Shown here piece by piece: positions 26,502 through 38,000 of a stretch of 64,000 nt of DNA (the stretch's first letter is position 1; the number at the start of each line of letters is the position of its first letter). The DNA is from an uncultured Myxococcales bacterium (GTDB lineage: Bacteria > Myxococcota_A > UBA9042). The stretch spans positions 2,833 through 66,832 of the forward strand of contig CAISBR010000081.1 of NCBI GenBank assembly GCA_903883645.1, written 5' to 3'. The notes beneath the pieces were generated by a model that was not told the origin of the DNA, ran no database searches, and was given only the letters and a program-made list of their open reading frames with translations. The position numbers were made by a program, and so were the translations under genes.

Positions 26502-27890
26502 GTGGAATCCTTCCTAACTCTGACCTGGATGGTGGCGGGCGTGCTGTTTATCAGCTCGCTGCGCGGTCTTGGACACCAAGAAACCGCCCGCCGCGGCAAC
26601 GGTTTCGGCATTGTGGGCATGGCGCTCGCGATTGTGGCGCTGCTGGCCTCGGGCAAGGTGGCCAACCTAGAGCTGCTTGTGCCGGCGCTGGTCGGCGGCG
26701 CAGTGGTCGGCGGCGTGATGGCCCAGCGTGTGGCGATGACGTCCATGCCAGAACTGGTTGCAATTCTGCACAGTTTTGTCGGCTTGGCCGCGGTGCTGGT
26801 CGGCTTTGCCGCGTACCTGGACCCACCCGACGGCCAGGGCAACAAGGTGCACGACGTCGAGATCTGGATCGACGTGCTGATCGGCGCGATCACCTTTACC
26901 GGCTCGATCGTGGCGTTCTTAAAGCTGCGCGGCTCGGTGTCGGGCAAGCCCTTGTTGCTGCCCGGGCGCCACATGCTCAACTTGGTGGTGATCTTGGCGA
27001 GCCTGGGCTTGGTCGTGCCGTTTGCGCAGGCCGAGGGCACCAGCGGCATCATCTACCTGGTAATCATGTCGGTTTTGGCGGGGTTACAAGGCATCCACTT
27101 GGTCGCGGCCATCGGCGGCGCCGACATGCCCGTCGTGGTGTCGATGCTCAACAGCTACTCCGGTTGGACGGCGTCGGCCGCGGGCTTCATGCTCGACAAC
27201 AACCTGCTGATCATCACCGGCGCATTGGTCGGTTCCTCAGGCGCAATCCTGAGTTACATCATGTGCAAGGCGATGAACCGCTCGCTGCTTTCCGTCATCT
27301 TTGGCGGCTTTGGCGCCGACCCCAAGCCCGGCAGCGCGGGCCCGGCAGTGGTGCACGAGGGCGAGCCGATCGCCACCAATCTCGACGAGCTGGTCGAAGA
27401 ACTGAGCGAGGCCCGCGAGGTCATCGTGGTTCCGGGCTACGGCATGGCCGTCGCGCGCGCACAACATGCAGTGCGGCAGCTGGTCGATGTGCTCAAGGCC
27501 AAGGGCTGCAACACCCGCTTTGCCATCCACCCGGTGGCGGGTCGCCTGCCTGGCCACATGAACGTGCTGCTCGCTGAAGCCAGCGTCCCCTATGATATCG
27601 TTCTAGAAATGGACGAGATCAACGCCGACTTCCCCAAGACCGACGTGGTGCTGGTGATCGGCGCCAACGACATCGTGAACCCCGGTGCGCAGACCGACGC
27701 CAGCAGCCCGATCTACGGCATGCCGGTGCTCGAAGTGTGGAAGGCCAAGCGCGTGGTCGTGCTGAAGCGTTCGCGCTCGGTGGGTTACGCCGGCGTGGAT
27801 AACCCGCTGTTCTACGAGCAGAACACCCGCATGTTCTATGCCGACGCGAAAGACGGTATGGAGAAAGTGGTCGCGGGTCTGCAGAAGTAG
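26502..27890 (+). CDS. pntB: NAD(P) transhydrogenase subunit beta
   Basis: N-terminal multi-TM domain plus C-terminal NADP(H)-binding domain (GYGMAVA...). It lies immediately after pntA. Confidence 0.9.
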   Translation: MESFLTLTWMVAGVLFISSLRGLGHQETARRGNGFGIVGMALAIVALLASGKVANLELLVPALVGGAVVGGVMAQRVAMTSMPELVAILHSFVGLAAVLVGFAAYLDPPDGQGNKVHDVEIWIDVLIGAITFTGSIVAFLKLRGSVSGKPLLLPGRHMLNLVVILASLGLVVPFAQAEGTSGIIYLVIMSVLAGLQGIHLVAAIGGADMPVVVSMLNSYSGWTASAAGFMLDNNLLIITGALVGSSGAILSYIMCKAMNRSLLSVIFGGFGADPKPGSAGPAVVHEGEPIATNLDELVEELSEAREVIVVPGYGMAVARAQHAVRQLVDVLKAKGCNTRFAIHPVAGRLPGHMNVLLAEASVPYDIVLEMDEINADFPKTDVVLVIGANDIVNPGAQTDASSPIYGMPVLEVWKAKRVVVLKRSRSVGYAGVDNPLFYEQNTRMFYADAKDGMEKVVAGLQK

Positions 27891-27928
27891 TTCGGACCGC
27901 AGATTGCCGCACAACAGCTTGTCATAAA

Positions 27929-30058
27929 TCAGCTATTTAGCGCGCGCCACACCGTCTCGCCGTCCATAGGCAGGCGCCGCACCCGCGCACCTGTGGCGTC
28001 CGCAATGGCATTGGCGATCGCTGGGGCTACGGCCATCAGACCGATCTCGCCGGCGCCTTTGACACCGAGCGGCACACTCGGCTCGGGCTCGCCGCAAAAT
28101 ACTACTTCAAGATCAGGAAGATCGAGCGTCCGCGGCACGCCATAATCGAGCAACCCGCGGGTCAGCAGCTTGCCGTGCGCCGTAAAATCCAGGCGCTCCA
28201 TCAGGGCAAAGCCCAGCCCCTGGGCGGCGGCACCTTGAATTTGCCCTTTGGCCATAAGGGGATTTAGCACCCGACCGATGTCGATGGCCTGCAGCAGTCG
28301 GACCACCCGCGACTGACCGGTCTGGGGGTCGACATCGACCACTGCGGCACACGCGGCGAAGGGCGGGGCATTGGTCTGCGGCGACCAAGCCACGTGGGCG
28401 TCGATCGGCAAAGGGGCGCCATCTGCACGCAGTTGCTTGGCTTTTTCGGCAGCCTGCCGCACGGTCTCGCCGGCAATGTAGGTCCGACCCGAGGCATGGG
28501 CGCCCGAGTCGGCCAGCTCGGCCGCCGTATCCGCCAGAACCACGCGAATCTGCTGCGGCGGCAGGCCCAGCACCTCGCCGGCAATCATCGCCAGACTGGT
28601 GGCCACGCCGGTGCCGCCCTGGTCGGGAGCGCCGCTGTGTACCTCGACGCCGCCATCGGCCCGCAACACCACCTTAGCGTTGCTGATTTCGTTGCGGCCT
28701 TTGCCAGTGGTGTGCATCGCGACGGCCATGCCCTTGCCCCGTATCCACCCCTCGAGCGGCGCGCCCACGGGTTCGCTGAGTGCGCCCTGCACTACATCGA
28801 GGCAACGGTCGAGCGCGCACGACGAAATCGTCGCACCTTTCGCAACGAATTGGCCCGTTTGTGTATCGACGACGCCGACCGACAGGTTCTTGTCGCCGCT
28901 GCGCAGCAAGTGCCGGCGCCGCCACTCGATCGGGTCTAGGCCAAAGCGACGGCACAGCTCGTCGTTGTGCGACTCGACCGCAAACGTGGCTTGGGGATTG
29001 CCAAAACCGCGCGTCGCCGACGCCACCGGCGCGTTGGTCGTCACCAGCCGGCCAGAAAAACGCACGGCCTGGCACCGATACAAGGCCAAGGGGCGCAAAG
29101 CCCGCAGCACTACGTAGGGTCCCAAGTCCAAGTGCGCGCCCGCGTTGTAGTCGGCCTCGATCTCGCGGGCCAGCAGGTTGCCATCGTCGTCCATCGCCGA
29201 GCGCACGCGAATCCGTGCACCGTGACGCACCCGGCCAGCCACCAGCCCCTCGCTGCGTTCGAGTTCGAGCCGCACCGGCCGCTGCAGCTTGCGACAGGCC
29301 AAGGCCGCCACGTACTCCAAGTCGTCCATTCTGCTGCCAAAACCGCCGCCAATCTGCGCCGGCACCACCACGCGGACCTGCTCAGGCCGCAGACCGAGCC
29401 AATGGGCCATCTGGTGGCGCAGCTCGTACGGCGCGGGCGTACCCTTGTGCACGATCAGCCCGCCATCGGCACCGGGCTCAACCAAGCAGGCATAGGGCTC
29501 CATCGCGGCCGCCTGGACCGTACTGGTATGGTAAGTGGTCTCGATGGTATGCGGGGCGCTCGAAAAAACGCCTTTCAGATCACCAGATTCATAGGTAATC
29601 GCCCCAAACGGCAACGCCAGGTTGCTGCGCCCCAAATGGGCCGCCACGGCACCCTTGGCCAGCGCGTCTTCAAGATCGAGGACGTGGGGCAAAACTTGGT
29701 ACCGCACCTGCACTTTAGCCACAGCCGCCCGCGCTTGATCGGCTGTCTCGGCCAACACCACCGCCACCGGGCAGCCCAGCCAAGCCGGCTCGCGCCACAA
29801 AAGCGGTCGCGTCATCAGGTTGCGGCCGTAGAACGCCTCGCCGGGCAGGTCGTGCGGCGGGCAATCGTCGGGGCCGAGCACGGCCAGCACGCCGGGCATC
29901 GCCAAAGCCAGCGCCGGATCAAGCCCCTCGAGCAGCGCGTGGGCGTGGGGCGAGCGCACCAGCACGCCGTGGCACATGCCGGGCAAGTGGAAGTCGGTCA
30001 AGTACTTGGCACGCCCGGCGGCCTTGTCAGCCGCGTCGAGCAGAGGCATGCCGCTCAT
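27929..30058 (-). CDS. Xanthine-dehydrogenase-family molybdopterin-binding large subunit (aldehyde oxidoreductase, CoxL-like)
   Basis: 709 aa with a GGGFGSR motif. No AYRCSFR or AYRGAGR CODH signature was seen. Confidence 0.85.
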   Translation of the reverse strand: MSGMPLLDAADKAAGRAKYLTDFHLPGMCHGVLVRSPHAHALLEGLDPALALAMPGVLAVLGPDDCPPHDLPGEAFYGRNLMTRPLLWREPAWLGCPVAVVLAETADQARAAVAKVQVRYQVLPHVLDLEDALAKGAVAAHLGRSNLALPFGAITYESGDLKGVFSSAPHTIETTYHTSTVQAAAMEPYACLVEPGADGGLIVHKGTPAPYELRHQMAHWLGLRPEQVRVVVPAQIGGGFGSRMDDLEYVAALACRKLQRPVRLELERSEGLVAGRVRHGARIRVRSAMDDDGNLLAREIEADYNAGAHLDLGPYVVLRALRPLALYRCQAVRFSGRLVTTNAPVASATRGFGNPQATFAVESHNDELCRRFGLDPIEWRRRHLLRSGDKNLSVGVVDTQTGQFVAKGATISSCALDRCLDVVQGALSEPVGAPLEGWIRGKGMAVAMHTTGKGRNEISNAKVVLRADGGVEVHSGAPDQGGTGVATSLAMIAGEVLGLPPQQIRVVLADTAAELADSGAHASGRTYIAGETVRQAAEKAKQLRADGAPLPIDAHVAWSPQTNAPPFAACAAVVDVDPQTGQSRVVRLLQAIDIGRVLNPLMAKGQIQGAAAQGLGFALMERLDFTAHGKLLTRGLLDYGVPRTLDLPDLEVVFCGEPEPSVPLGVKGAGEIGLMAVAPAIANAIADATGARVRRLPMDGETVWRALNS

Positions 30059-30516
30059 GGCTCACCTGCACGCAAGCGCTGCAAGCCCGCAACCGCGCCG
30101 GCGACAAGGCCTGCGTAGCCCGTGCAACGACACAGGTTTCCGGCTAAAGCGTGGCGTATGCCAGCCTCGGTCGCGGGTACATCGGTGGACAAGCTGTGCA
30201 CCGCGACCACCATGCCGGGGGTGCAAAATCCGCATTGCACGCCGCCGGCTTCGACTAGGGCGCGGGCTACAGGGCCATCTGCAAACGATGCTGCAGTTTG
30301 AATAACTTGCCCGTAGGCTCGAAAGGCGGGATAGATGCAGCCATGCACGCGCTCGCCGGCGACAAGGCAACTGCAGGCCCCGCAAATCCCCTCGCCGCAA
30401 GCGACTTTGACTGCAGTGTTCTCGGCGCCACCGCGCAAAGCCTCGGCCAGCGAGGCATTGCCTGGCACATCGCACTCGACAAGGCGGCCGTCGACTTCGG
30501 CAGACCAACGCATCAA
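30055..30516 (-). CDS. (2Fe-2S)-binding small subunit of an XDH-family enzyme (CoxS-like)
   Basis: CGEGICGACSC and CGFCTPG motifs. There is a 4-bp overlap with the large-subunit gene. Confidence 0.9.
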   Translation of the reverse strand: MMRWSAEVDGRLVECDVPGNASLAEALRGGAENTAVKVACGEGICGACSCLVAGERVHGCIYPAFRAYGQVIQTAASFADGPVARALVEAGGVQCGFCTPGMVVAVHSLSTDVPATEAGIRHALAGNLCRCTGYAGLVAGAVAGLQRLRAGEP

Positions 30517-31322
30517 TGCACCTCGCGCAGTTCAGTCGGCAGCAACTCTTTTAGCAGTCGCTCGGCCAACACGCCGACCATGGCGCGCCTGTAATCGGCC
30601 GAGCCCCGCGCATCGTCGATTGGACGAACAACATGAGCAATACTTTCAGCCCATTGCGCAACACTGCGCCGGTCCCACCGCCCCTCAAGGTCGCGCAAAC
30701 GCCGCGCTGGCGCCTCGATCCCCGACACCGCCAGCCGCAGTTGATCGCCATCGACAAGCGCTGCCAGCGTGACCAGCGCAGGGCCCACGGGGGTGCGGCG
30801 CAGCGACTGACAACCCGAGCGCGCCATCGGCGAGCCGGGCTCAAGCTCAACACTCAGAATAATTTCGCCGGGATGTAGGCGCAACGGCGCGATCGGCGCG
30901 TGGCGTTCGCCGTCGGGGCCAAGGAGCACGGCGTGCGCCTCGTAGAGCAACAGCGGCGCGACCAGCGAGCCAACCCCTGTGCACAGGTTGCCGCCCAACG
31001 TGGCCTGGGCCGCCACCGGCAAGGGCTCAAAGTGGCCGGCCATGGCCATGATCGCGGCAAGACCGGGTGCACTCAGTTCAGGATGGCGGCGCAAGTCGCG
31101 CATGGTCGTGGTGGCGCCAATCGACAGGTGATGGCCGCGCCAGCCAATGCGGTCGAGGCCCGCGTCGCAAAGGTCGATGAGGTGCGACGGCCGCCCGCCC
31201 CCCAGCTTGCCGAGCGCGAGTGTTGCGCCGCCAATTACGGCTGCACCCTGAAGGTTGGCCAGCAATTCAACTGCCATTTCAGGAGTTTGTGGGCGATAGT
31301 AGTTGGCTGCTTGCGAAGGCAT
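30513..31322 (-). CDS. FAD-binding medium subunit of an XDH-family enzyme (CoxM-like)
   Basis: From Met40 of the listed ORF (MPSQAANYYRPQTPEMAVELL...). It has the FAD-binding PCMH-type domain, a GGGAG Shine-Dalgarno sequence upstream, and a 4-bp overlap with the small-subunit gene. Confidence 0.8.
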   Translation of the reverse strand: MPSQAANYYRPQTPEMAVELLANLQGAAVIGGATLALGKLGGGRPSHLIDLCDAGLDRIGWRGHHLSIGATTTMRDLRRHPELSAPGLAAIMAMAGHFEPLPVAAQATLGGNLCTGVGSLVAPLLLYEAHAVLLGPDGERHAPIAPLRLHPGEIILSVELEPGSPMARSGCQSLRRTPVGPALVTLAALVDGDQLRLAVSGIEAPARRLRDLEGRWDRRSVAQWAESIAHVVRPIDDARGSADYRRAMVGVLAERLLKELLPTELREVH

Positions 31323-31442
31323 GCGCTCCCGAACTAGACAGGGGTAAGCGAACACGGCGACGGTACGCCGGGTGCGCGGAAGGGTCAAGCCTGGCCTGCC
31401 ACCGCTGGACCACAGCCCACGCGCCGTGACCGCGGCCACCGA

Positions 31443-34400
31443 TCAAAAAGCGTAGAGCAGGCCAAAGTTGAACTGACCAAACTCGTCAGTCGTGCACGAA
31501 ATACTGCCCGCTACGTCACTTTTGATGTCGCGGCAGCGCGCGGCGCCCAAGGCAAAGGCGTAGTCGAGGCGCACGGGAATTTGGCCCGAGAGAAGCCAGC
31601 GCACGCCCACGCCCAGGCCGTGGCGAATCGACGCGGAGTGCACGCCACTCCACGTCTCCGAAATCCCGCCAAAATCCCAGAAGGTAGCACCCCATAGGCC
31701 CATGGTCGACACGATCGGAAAGCGCAGCTCGGCCGAGCCGTTGGCCACCACATCGCCGTCGCCGAGCACCTTGTCGCCCGAGGCGAGCGGGGCATTGCAG
31801 GCCTTGGGCTGGCCGTTCACGTCCTCGACCAAGGTACATCCGCTCGCGTCGTACTGGCGCACGCCAAAATCGGAGTAACCGCGCAGCAGCGACTGCGAAT
31901 ACTGACCGCCCAGACGAAACCTGGCGAATTGTGGAAGGTTCTGCCCTGTACTCGCCCCCAACGAGCGGCCAGCGCCACCATGCAACAGCAGCGCCAGCAC
32001 CATCGAGTCGCCGAGGGGCACATACGAGCGGGCGCTCAGCTCCCACTTGATGAAGTTGGCCGGCACGTACACCGTCTTGACTTCGTTCTGTTTTACGCTG
32101 GCGTTGATATACGGCAGGCTGAAGCTGAGCGAAAAGCCGCGGCGGGGATTGAGCGGGCTGTCGGTATTGTCGAACGAAACGGAAGGAATCAAGCTGAGTT
32201 GTGGCTCGGGCGACTCGGCAAAGTCTTGATTGCGCGACTCGGGCAGGCGGGTGCGAATGTAGCCGGCGTCGGTGGCGATCGAGGCGGCCAACTTGCCGAA
32301 ACGTCTGGTGACTTCGATCAGCGCGCCGGCCTTGTCGACATCGATCGGCCCAATGGCGTAATCGTGGATCAGGTAGGGCAGCACCACCCGCAAACCGAAT
32401 TCGGAGCCAAGCAAGCGACTGTCTTGGTATGTAGGCAGAATTGCAGCATAACGCAGTGTATCCGAATACCACGGCGGCGTCTGGCGCGCCGAAGAGCCGT
32501 CTGGCTGGTACCATGGCGCACAACTTTTCGCTTTAGCAAGCAAGGTCTTGCATGCATCCGAGCCTTCATACGGCACAGTATCGTAGCTCGGCGGCACGGC
32601 GGCACCCAGCTTCGCCGATAGCTTGAGCATCTTGCCTGAATGCAAGAAGTTGCGGTTCACATACGCCGCCTCGCCGGTCGCAAGCAGATTGGGCAGCGTC
32701 AGGTTCTGCGCAATGCCAAAGCCAGTGGTCAGCCGGTCGGCCGCCGTGGTGGTGCGATCGATAAAATCCTTAAGCGTTTGAACGGTTTCTTGCTCGTAGG
32801 GCGACCGTGCGGTGTTGATAGTCTGAAAGCCCAGCGACGCCTCCCAATAGCGGTTCTGCCCCTCGACCACGTTGACCAGCGTCGCCAGATGGTCGCGCGG
32901 CGGGCGCTCTTCATCGCCGATCGCCGCCACCGACACCTGCGAAAATAGACCTAGATTCCTCAGCTTTCGCTGCGTCTCAAACACGGCGGCCGCCGAATAA
33001 GGACCACCATAGGGCGGCATGTCGCGCAAGATGACGCTGCGATCCGTTACAAAATTGCCCACAACGAATGACTCGCCGAAATCGACGCGCTCGCCCTCGG
33101 CAATCACCAAGCGCACATCGACATAGCGGGCCAGCATGGTCGCCGGCGTGCACACGGCCTCGTCGCGGTTCGGCTCGACGGAGGAGCACAGTGCCTTGAT
33201 CGTAGTACGGAAAAAGCCGTTGTTGCGGTAGCGCTGTTCGACCGCGCGCATGGCGTCGTCGAGCATCGAGTAGCTGACGACGTCGCCTTGGCGCAAGGTC
33301 GTCAATCGTCTGATTTCATTAAAGGTAACCTGCCCTGCGCCTTCGATCGCGAGCGTGCGCAGGCGGCTGCGCTCACCCTCGTGGTAGTCGATGTCGATGT
33401 AGATGAAGTTTTCGCCGAGTGGCCGCCGAACACGGAATCCTTTGTTGTCATAGCGATAAACAAACTCAGTCTCGCCCATGTGTTCTAGGCGCTGGCGACG
33501 GTTGGCCGCACTCGGGGTCGCACCCTCGGGCAAGCTGACCGCATAGTGGAACTGGTAAAAACCATTGTCTAAATAGTGCTGTCGCAGCGCATCGAGGTCC
33601 GCAAGCACCTGATCGGCCTGCAAATAGCCGCCGGCATCAAAAAAGTCGTACGCCTTGCTGGTCAGCACCGTACGCAGCTTGTCCGGGGCGATCAGGGGCG
33701 CGCTGGGCCGGTCGACCGCATGAAAAAAGATGCCGCGCACCTGCGACACGTAACCCGTAGTCACATAATAGCTAACCGCAGCAATAACTTGCGTTGACAG
33801 GCGCGGCGGCACAGGCCGAAAGTCGAGGCGCACATCGGCAAACAAGAAGCCGCGATTCTCGAGCAGGGCCAACAGGTCCAAGCGCCCGCGCTCGCCCTCT
33901 TCAAAGTCGAACTGGCCGCTGTCGCCAAAGGGCAGCGCGTCGTACAAGCTCTGGTCTTCGCTAAGGACGTAACCCGCCTTGCCGCCACCCGAATCGTCGC
34001 GCACCCAGACCTGCACCAGCGCGCACTTGCCCGGCCGCACATCGATGCGCACCGCCTGGTCGAGCGGGTCGTGCAGCACATCAACCCGCGGGTTGCCATA
34101 GCCCAGCTTGCGCAGGTAAGTCCGCACGCGCGAACGGATTCGATTGGCCTCGCGCTGACTAAACACCTCCATGGTCGAGGTGTCGGCGGCAATGCGCAGC
34201 GCCCGCTCGCCGATGCGCGGGCAGCGCAGGTCGTGGCGCTCTTCAAGCTCGGTCGGCAGCGGCGAATCCTGAAGCTGCACATGGGTTTGCGTAATGCGCT
34301 TGCGCTCGCCTTCGTCGATATCGACCTGCACGCGCAGCTGCCCCGGGCCAGCCGGCACCGTGCGCAGCCGCACCTTCGCATCCAAGAAGCCGTTGCGCCG

Positions 34401-35057
34401 GTACAGCGACTCAATCGATTCCTTTTGCGATTCGAGCTGTTTCTTGCCATCCACCGTGTCGATATTCAGCACATCGCCGTTTTGGATCTGCAGCTTGGCG
34501 CGCACTTCGTCTTGGAACATCGCGCTGTTGCCCACAATGTCGACGCCGCGCACCAGCGTGCTGCCCGCCACCCGCCAGCGAATCGTCGAGCGGCCATCGG
34601 GGTCGCGCCGGCACTGCACCGACACCGACTTGAGGTAGCCCAGGTGCAGCAATCGCTCGTAGGCCTTTTGCAGCTGCCCAATCAACAGGTTACGCCCCTG
34701 CTTCAGGTCCAGCAGGCTCGTCACCGCGCTGTGCACATCGTCGGGCTGGCACGGCGTCGCGTCGCAGCCATCGAGGCGCACCTCAGCAATCGGCAGGCCA
34801 ACACAGGCTTTCTCCGCCGCCGCCACACCGTTTTCGCCAAAGATCAGCCGAGCCGCCGCCAAGCCACTGGCCATACTGACCGGGCTCGCATCTGCCGGGG
34901 CACTCACCGCACTGGCGTCGGCCGGCGGCGGCACTTCGGCGGCCAGGACCGTGCAGGATAGCGATATCCCCAAGATAAACAGCACACTGCAACCCATGCG
35001 CCGCGATGCGATCAGAGCTCGCAACGCAAGACCAAGCTGGGGCAGGGGCAACATCAT
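31443..35057 (-). CDS. BamA/TamA-family outer-membrane protein (POTRA repeats plus C-terminal 16-strand barrel ending in YAF)
   Basis: 1204 aa. It has a signal peptide, several POTRA-like modules, and an Omp85 barrel with a terminal aromatic residue. It sits directly downstream of a TamB-like gene. Confidence 0.8.
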   Translation of the reverse strand: MMLPLPQLGLALRALIASRRMGCSVLFILGISLSCTVLAAEVPPPADASAVSAPADASPVSMASGLAAARLIFGENGVAAAEKACVGLPIAEVRLDGCDATPCQPDDVHSAVTSLLDLKQGRNLLIGQLQKAYERLLHLGYLKSVSVQCRRDPDGRSTIRWRVAGSTLVRGVDIVGNSAMFQDEVRAKLQIQNGDVLNIDTVDGKKQLESQKESIESLYRRNGFLDAKVRLRTVPAGPGQLRVQVDIDEGERKRITQTHVQLQDSPLPTELEERHDLRCPRIGERALRIAADTSTMEVFSQREANRIRSRVRTYLRKLGYGNPRVDVLHDPLDQAVRIDVRPGKCALVQVWVRDDSGGGKAGYVLSEDQSLYDALPFGDSGQFDFEEGERGRLDLLALLENRGFLFADVRLDFRPVPPRLSTQVIAAVSYYVTTGYVSQVRGIFFHAVDRPSAPLIAPDKLRTVLTSKAYDFFDAGGYLQADQVLADLDALRQHYLDNGFYQFHYAVSLPEGATPSAANRRQRLEHMGETEFVYRYDNKGFRVRRPLGENFIYIDIDYHEGERSRLRTLAIEGAGQVTFNEIRRLTTLRQGDVVSYSMLDDAMRAVEQRYRNNGFFRTTIKALCSSVEPNRDEAVCTPATMLARYVDVRLVIAEGERVDFGESFVVGNFVTDRSVILRDMPPYGGPYSAAAVFETQRKLRNLGLFSQVSVAAIGDEERPPRDHLATLVNVVEGQNRYWEASLGFQTINTARSPYEQETVQTLKDFIDRTTTAADRLTTGFGIAQNLTLPNLLATGEAAYVNRNFLHSGKMLKLSAKLGAAVPPSYDTVPYEGSDACKTLLAKAKSCAPWYQPDGSSARQTPPWYSDTLRYAAILPTYQDSRLLGSEFGLRVVLPYLIHDYAIGPIDVDKAGALIEVTRRFGKLAASIATDAGYIRTRLPESRNQDFAESPEPQLSLIPSVSFDNTDSPLNPRRGFSLSFSLPYINASVKQNEVKTVYVPANFIKWELSARSYVPLGDSMVLALLLHGGAGRSLGASTGQNLPQFARFRLGGQYSQSLLRGYSDFGVRQYDASGCTLVEDVNGQPKACNAPLASGDKVLGDGDVVANGSAELRFPIVSTMGLWGATFWDFGGISETWSGVHSASIRHGLGVGVRWLLSGQIPVRLDYAFALGAARCRDIKSDVAGSISCTTDEFGQFNFGLLYAF

Positions 35058-35072
35058 CGGCGCGGGCGGTCC

Positions 35073-38000
35073 TTACTCGTCGCTAAGCGGCACTTTGTAC
35101 CGCAGTTTGCTCTCGTACACATCGACGCTGGTCTCTTGGCTACTCGACGAGTCGAGCAGTTTTTGCCGTCGCCACAGGCCGTTGAGCGACAGCCGGTCCG
35201 TGATGCGGAACGAGAAGTTGGCGTTGTAGCGGTTTTCTTTGCCGGTCTGTACGCGCGTGCCCAGCGCGATCGACTTGCCCAGCTTTTTGGTCACGTCGGC
35301 CGACACGCCCAAGTTCACGGGATCAAAGTCGATCTGCACCGTATCGACCACGGATTTCAGCAGGCCCGTGACGACCGTGTTCAGCGCCTCGCCAAAGAAG
35401 AAGTCGGTGGTTAGGCGCGTGCCACCCGTGCCCTGGTCGTTGCAGCGGCGGCGTGCGGCGATCAGACACATGCAGTCGGCCTCGGTGTCGCCCTTGTTGC
35501 TGGTCAGGTGGAAAGTGAAGTTGCGGCGATCGCCAAAGACGCCCTTGACCTGAACAAAGACCTGAACAATTTCGTCGAGTTGATTAGCATCCGTGGTTAG
35601 GTCGGTGCCGAGTGTCGAGGCCATGGTGCCGGTGCGGGTGCCGGCGCGCACGGGGATGTCAGTGCGGGCCATCGCTTCGAGATAGGGCTTGGTGGCGTCG
35701 CCGTTGAAGTCGAGGGTGCCCGAAACAACTTCAAAAATCAGGTTGTTGAGCGATGCACTGATCTGGCTGCCCGAGCCCTCGACCACCCGCAAGCGGTCGT
35801 GCACCTGCAAGTTGCTCAGATTGCCCGACACGCGCATGTCGAATTCGGTCACCAAGTCGGCCTTACCGCCCGGCACGCGACTCGCCACTTCAAAATTCTT
35901 GCCGTGCACCTTGAGGTCTAGGCCCAGCTCGGCCAGCCAGGGCATCGTCTCGGTAATCGGCTTACTGTAGGTCTCGACTTTGCGATCGCCCGCGTTGCCC
36001 AGCACGCTCGAGATCTGGTCAAAGCTGCGGTAATAGCTGCCCTCGCCAATGTGCACGTCGCCAGCCAGGCGCAGGTCGCGATTCGCTAGGTCGCGCAAGC
36101 GGTTACCACTCAGCACCAAGTCGGGCGAGATGAGCATCTGGTACTCTTTGGGCACCGCATACGGAATATCGCCCGCCCACAGCCGCGCATACACCGAGTC
36201 GAGCTGCAAATCGACCAGCGAGGCGCGCCCCGACACCGTAAAATGCCCATCGTCGACCTGGCCTTTCAGCTCGTGGTCAAGGGGGATCGCCACGGTCATC
36301 ACGCCGCGCGGACTCGTGGCAATCTGCAGGCGCGCGCCATCTTGTATCGTGATATCATGGCCAAAACGCCGTAGTGCCACGCGCCCCGTCTCCGTCTCGA
36401 GCAGGGCCTGCACGTGCAGCCGGTCCAGCGGTCCATCCACGCGCAGCATTCCACCACCCGCCGCCGCCGCTTCAAGGCAGTTCGCCCGCGGGTCCGCCGC
36501 CACCACCGGGTCGCGCAGCACGTTGAGGCGCAGATCCAGGTCCGACAAACTCTGGCTAAGTGCACCAAATCGCTGAATATCAAAGGTGCCCGCGACAAAG
36601 CCGAGCAGCGCTGCAGGCTCGTCGTCGTGCGGGTAGCGCCACTCGCCACACACTTCGATGCCACTGCGGTTGAGCTCGAAGTACGTGCCGCCCAAAGTGA
36701 TTTTGTCGGCCGAGATGCCGATGACTGCGGCCTTGGTGTTGCGAATCGGCCGCGCGCCGCCGCCCGGATCGAGCCACAGCCCTGCCGCCGGCACAATCGT
36801 CTCGACCCGCCAGTCGAACTTGCTGTTTTGCAGCGCCATCTCGACCGCCACCTCGCCTTCGACCCGCACCGCAATACCCTGCGGCCGCGGCAGGCCTAGG
36901 CGCTCAAAGGGGTCGAGCGGATTTTCGGTGCCGATACGCAGGGTTGAGGTCGTTGGCAGCCAGCCCTTAAAGTTGACCTCACTGCCGCTCAGGAGCTTAA
37001 ACGACTCGAAAAAATGGTCGCTTTTCAGCAGTAACGGCCCCAGCGGCGCCTTCTCAAGGTCGAGGTGCGCCGAGCCCAGCTCAATCGCGTCCCAGCCCAG
37101 GCCTTTGATATCCACACCGGCGGCCAGCGACAGGTCTTTGCCATCGCCGCTGAGCTTGATGGTCGCCGCCACCGTGCCCGGCATCGGCAGGTTTTCGAGC
37201 CACGAGAACTGCTTAAAGCGCGTCTCGGGTAGCGCGACGTCGATGTCGAGGCGCTTGGTAGCCAGGTCAAACCGCCCCACGGTCTGGATATCGGCGCTGC
37301 CGTCGACCGGACTGCCTCGCAAGCGCAGCCGCGCATTGGGCAAAACCGTAACAAGTCCGTGCTGCTCGACGTGGCCGCCGCCGCGATCGAACCACTCGCC
37401 GTAGGCGTGCACCCCCTGCAACGCCACATCGCCCGAAAACCGCAGCGACGGCATAAAATGCCCAAGATCAGCACTTAGTTGCCCACCCGACAAGTCGCCT
37501 TGGCCCGTAATGCCGGCGACCCGCCAACGGGCCAGCAGCTTGCCCAGGTCCACCTGCCGCACGGTCAAGTGATCGATGCGCAGTGGTCGCTCGGCGGCCA
37601 GCTCGCCCAAGCTCGCGCCAAACAGCCCCATGCGCAAATCGCCACTCACATCGCCGATATCCGTACTTGCGCGCAGTCCCGTCAGCGCCACCTCGCCACC
37701 GCGAATCCCCAGCATCGCCGTGCCGTGCCGCACCTTGTAGCCGTAGGCCGCCAAGTCGTCGACGCTTACCCTACCCAATACACCGGGCCGCAGCAGCGCC
37801 CCCTCGATACGACCGCCTTCAAGCCGCACTGCCCCCGCCACATCGGCGATGCCAAGGGGCGCAAGCCAGTCTTCTAGCTGCGGAATGGCCAGGTCGGCCC
37901 GCAAATTGGTCGTATCGCCGCTCAGGTCGAGCCGGCCGTCGCAGTGCAGCGCCGCCGTCTGCGCACCCGACTGCTCGGCGTCTTCGGTTCGCAGCTCCGA

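Noticed and set aside
27929-31322. Aerobic carbon-monoxide dehydrogenase (CoxMSL)
   Set aside because: The gene order M-S-L matches cox operons, but the large subunit shows neither the form-I AYXCSFR nor the form-II AYRGAGR active-site signature in the region I could read. No coxDEFG accessory genes are nearby. It is called a generic XDH-family molybdoenzyme instead.
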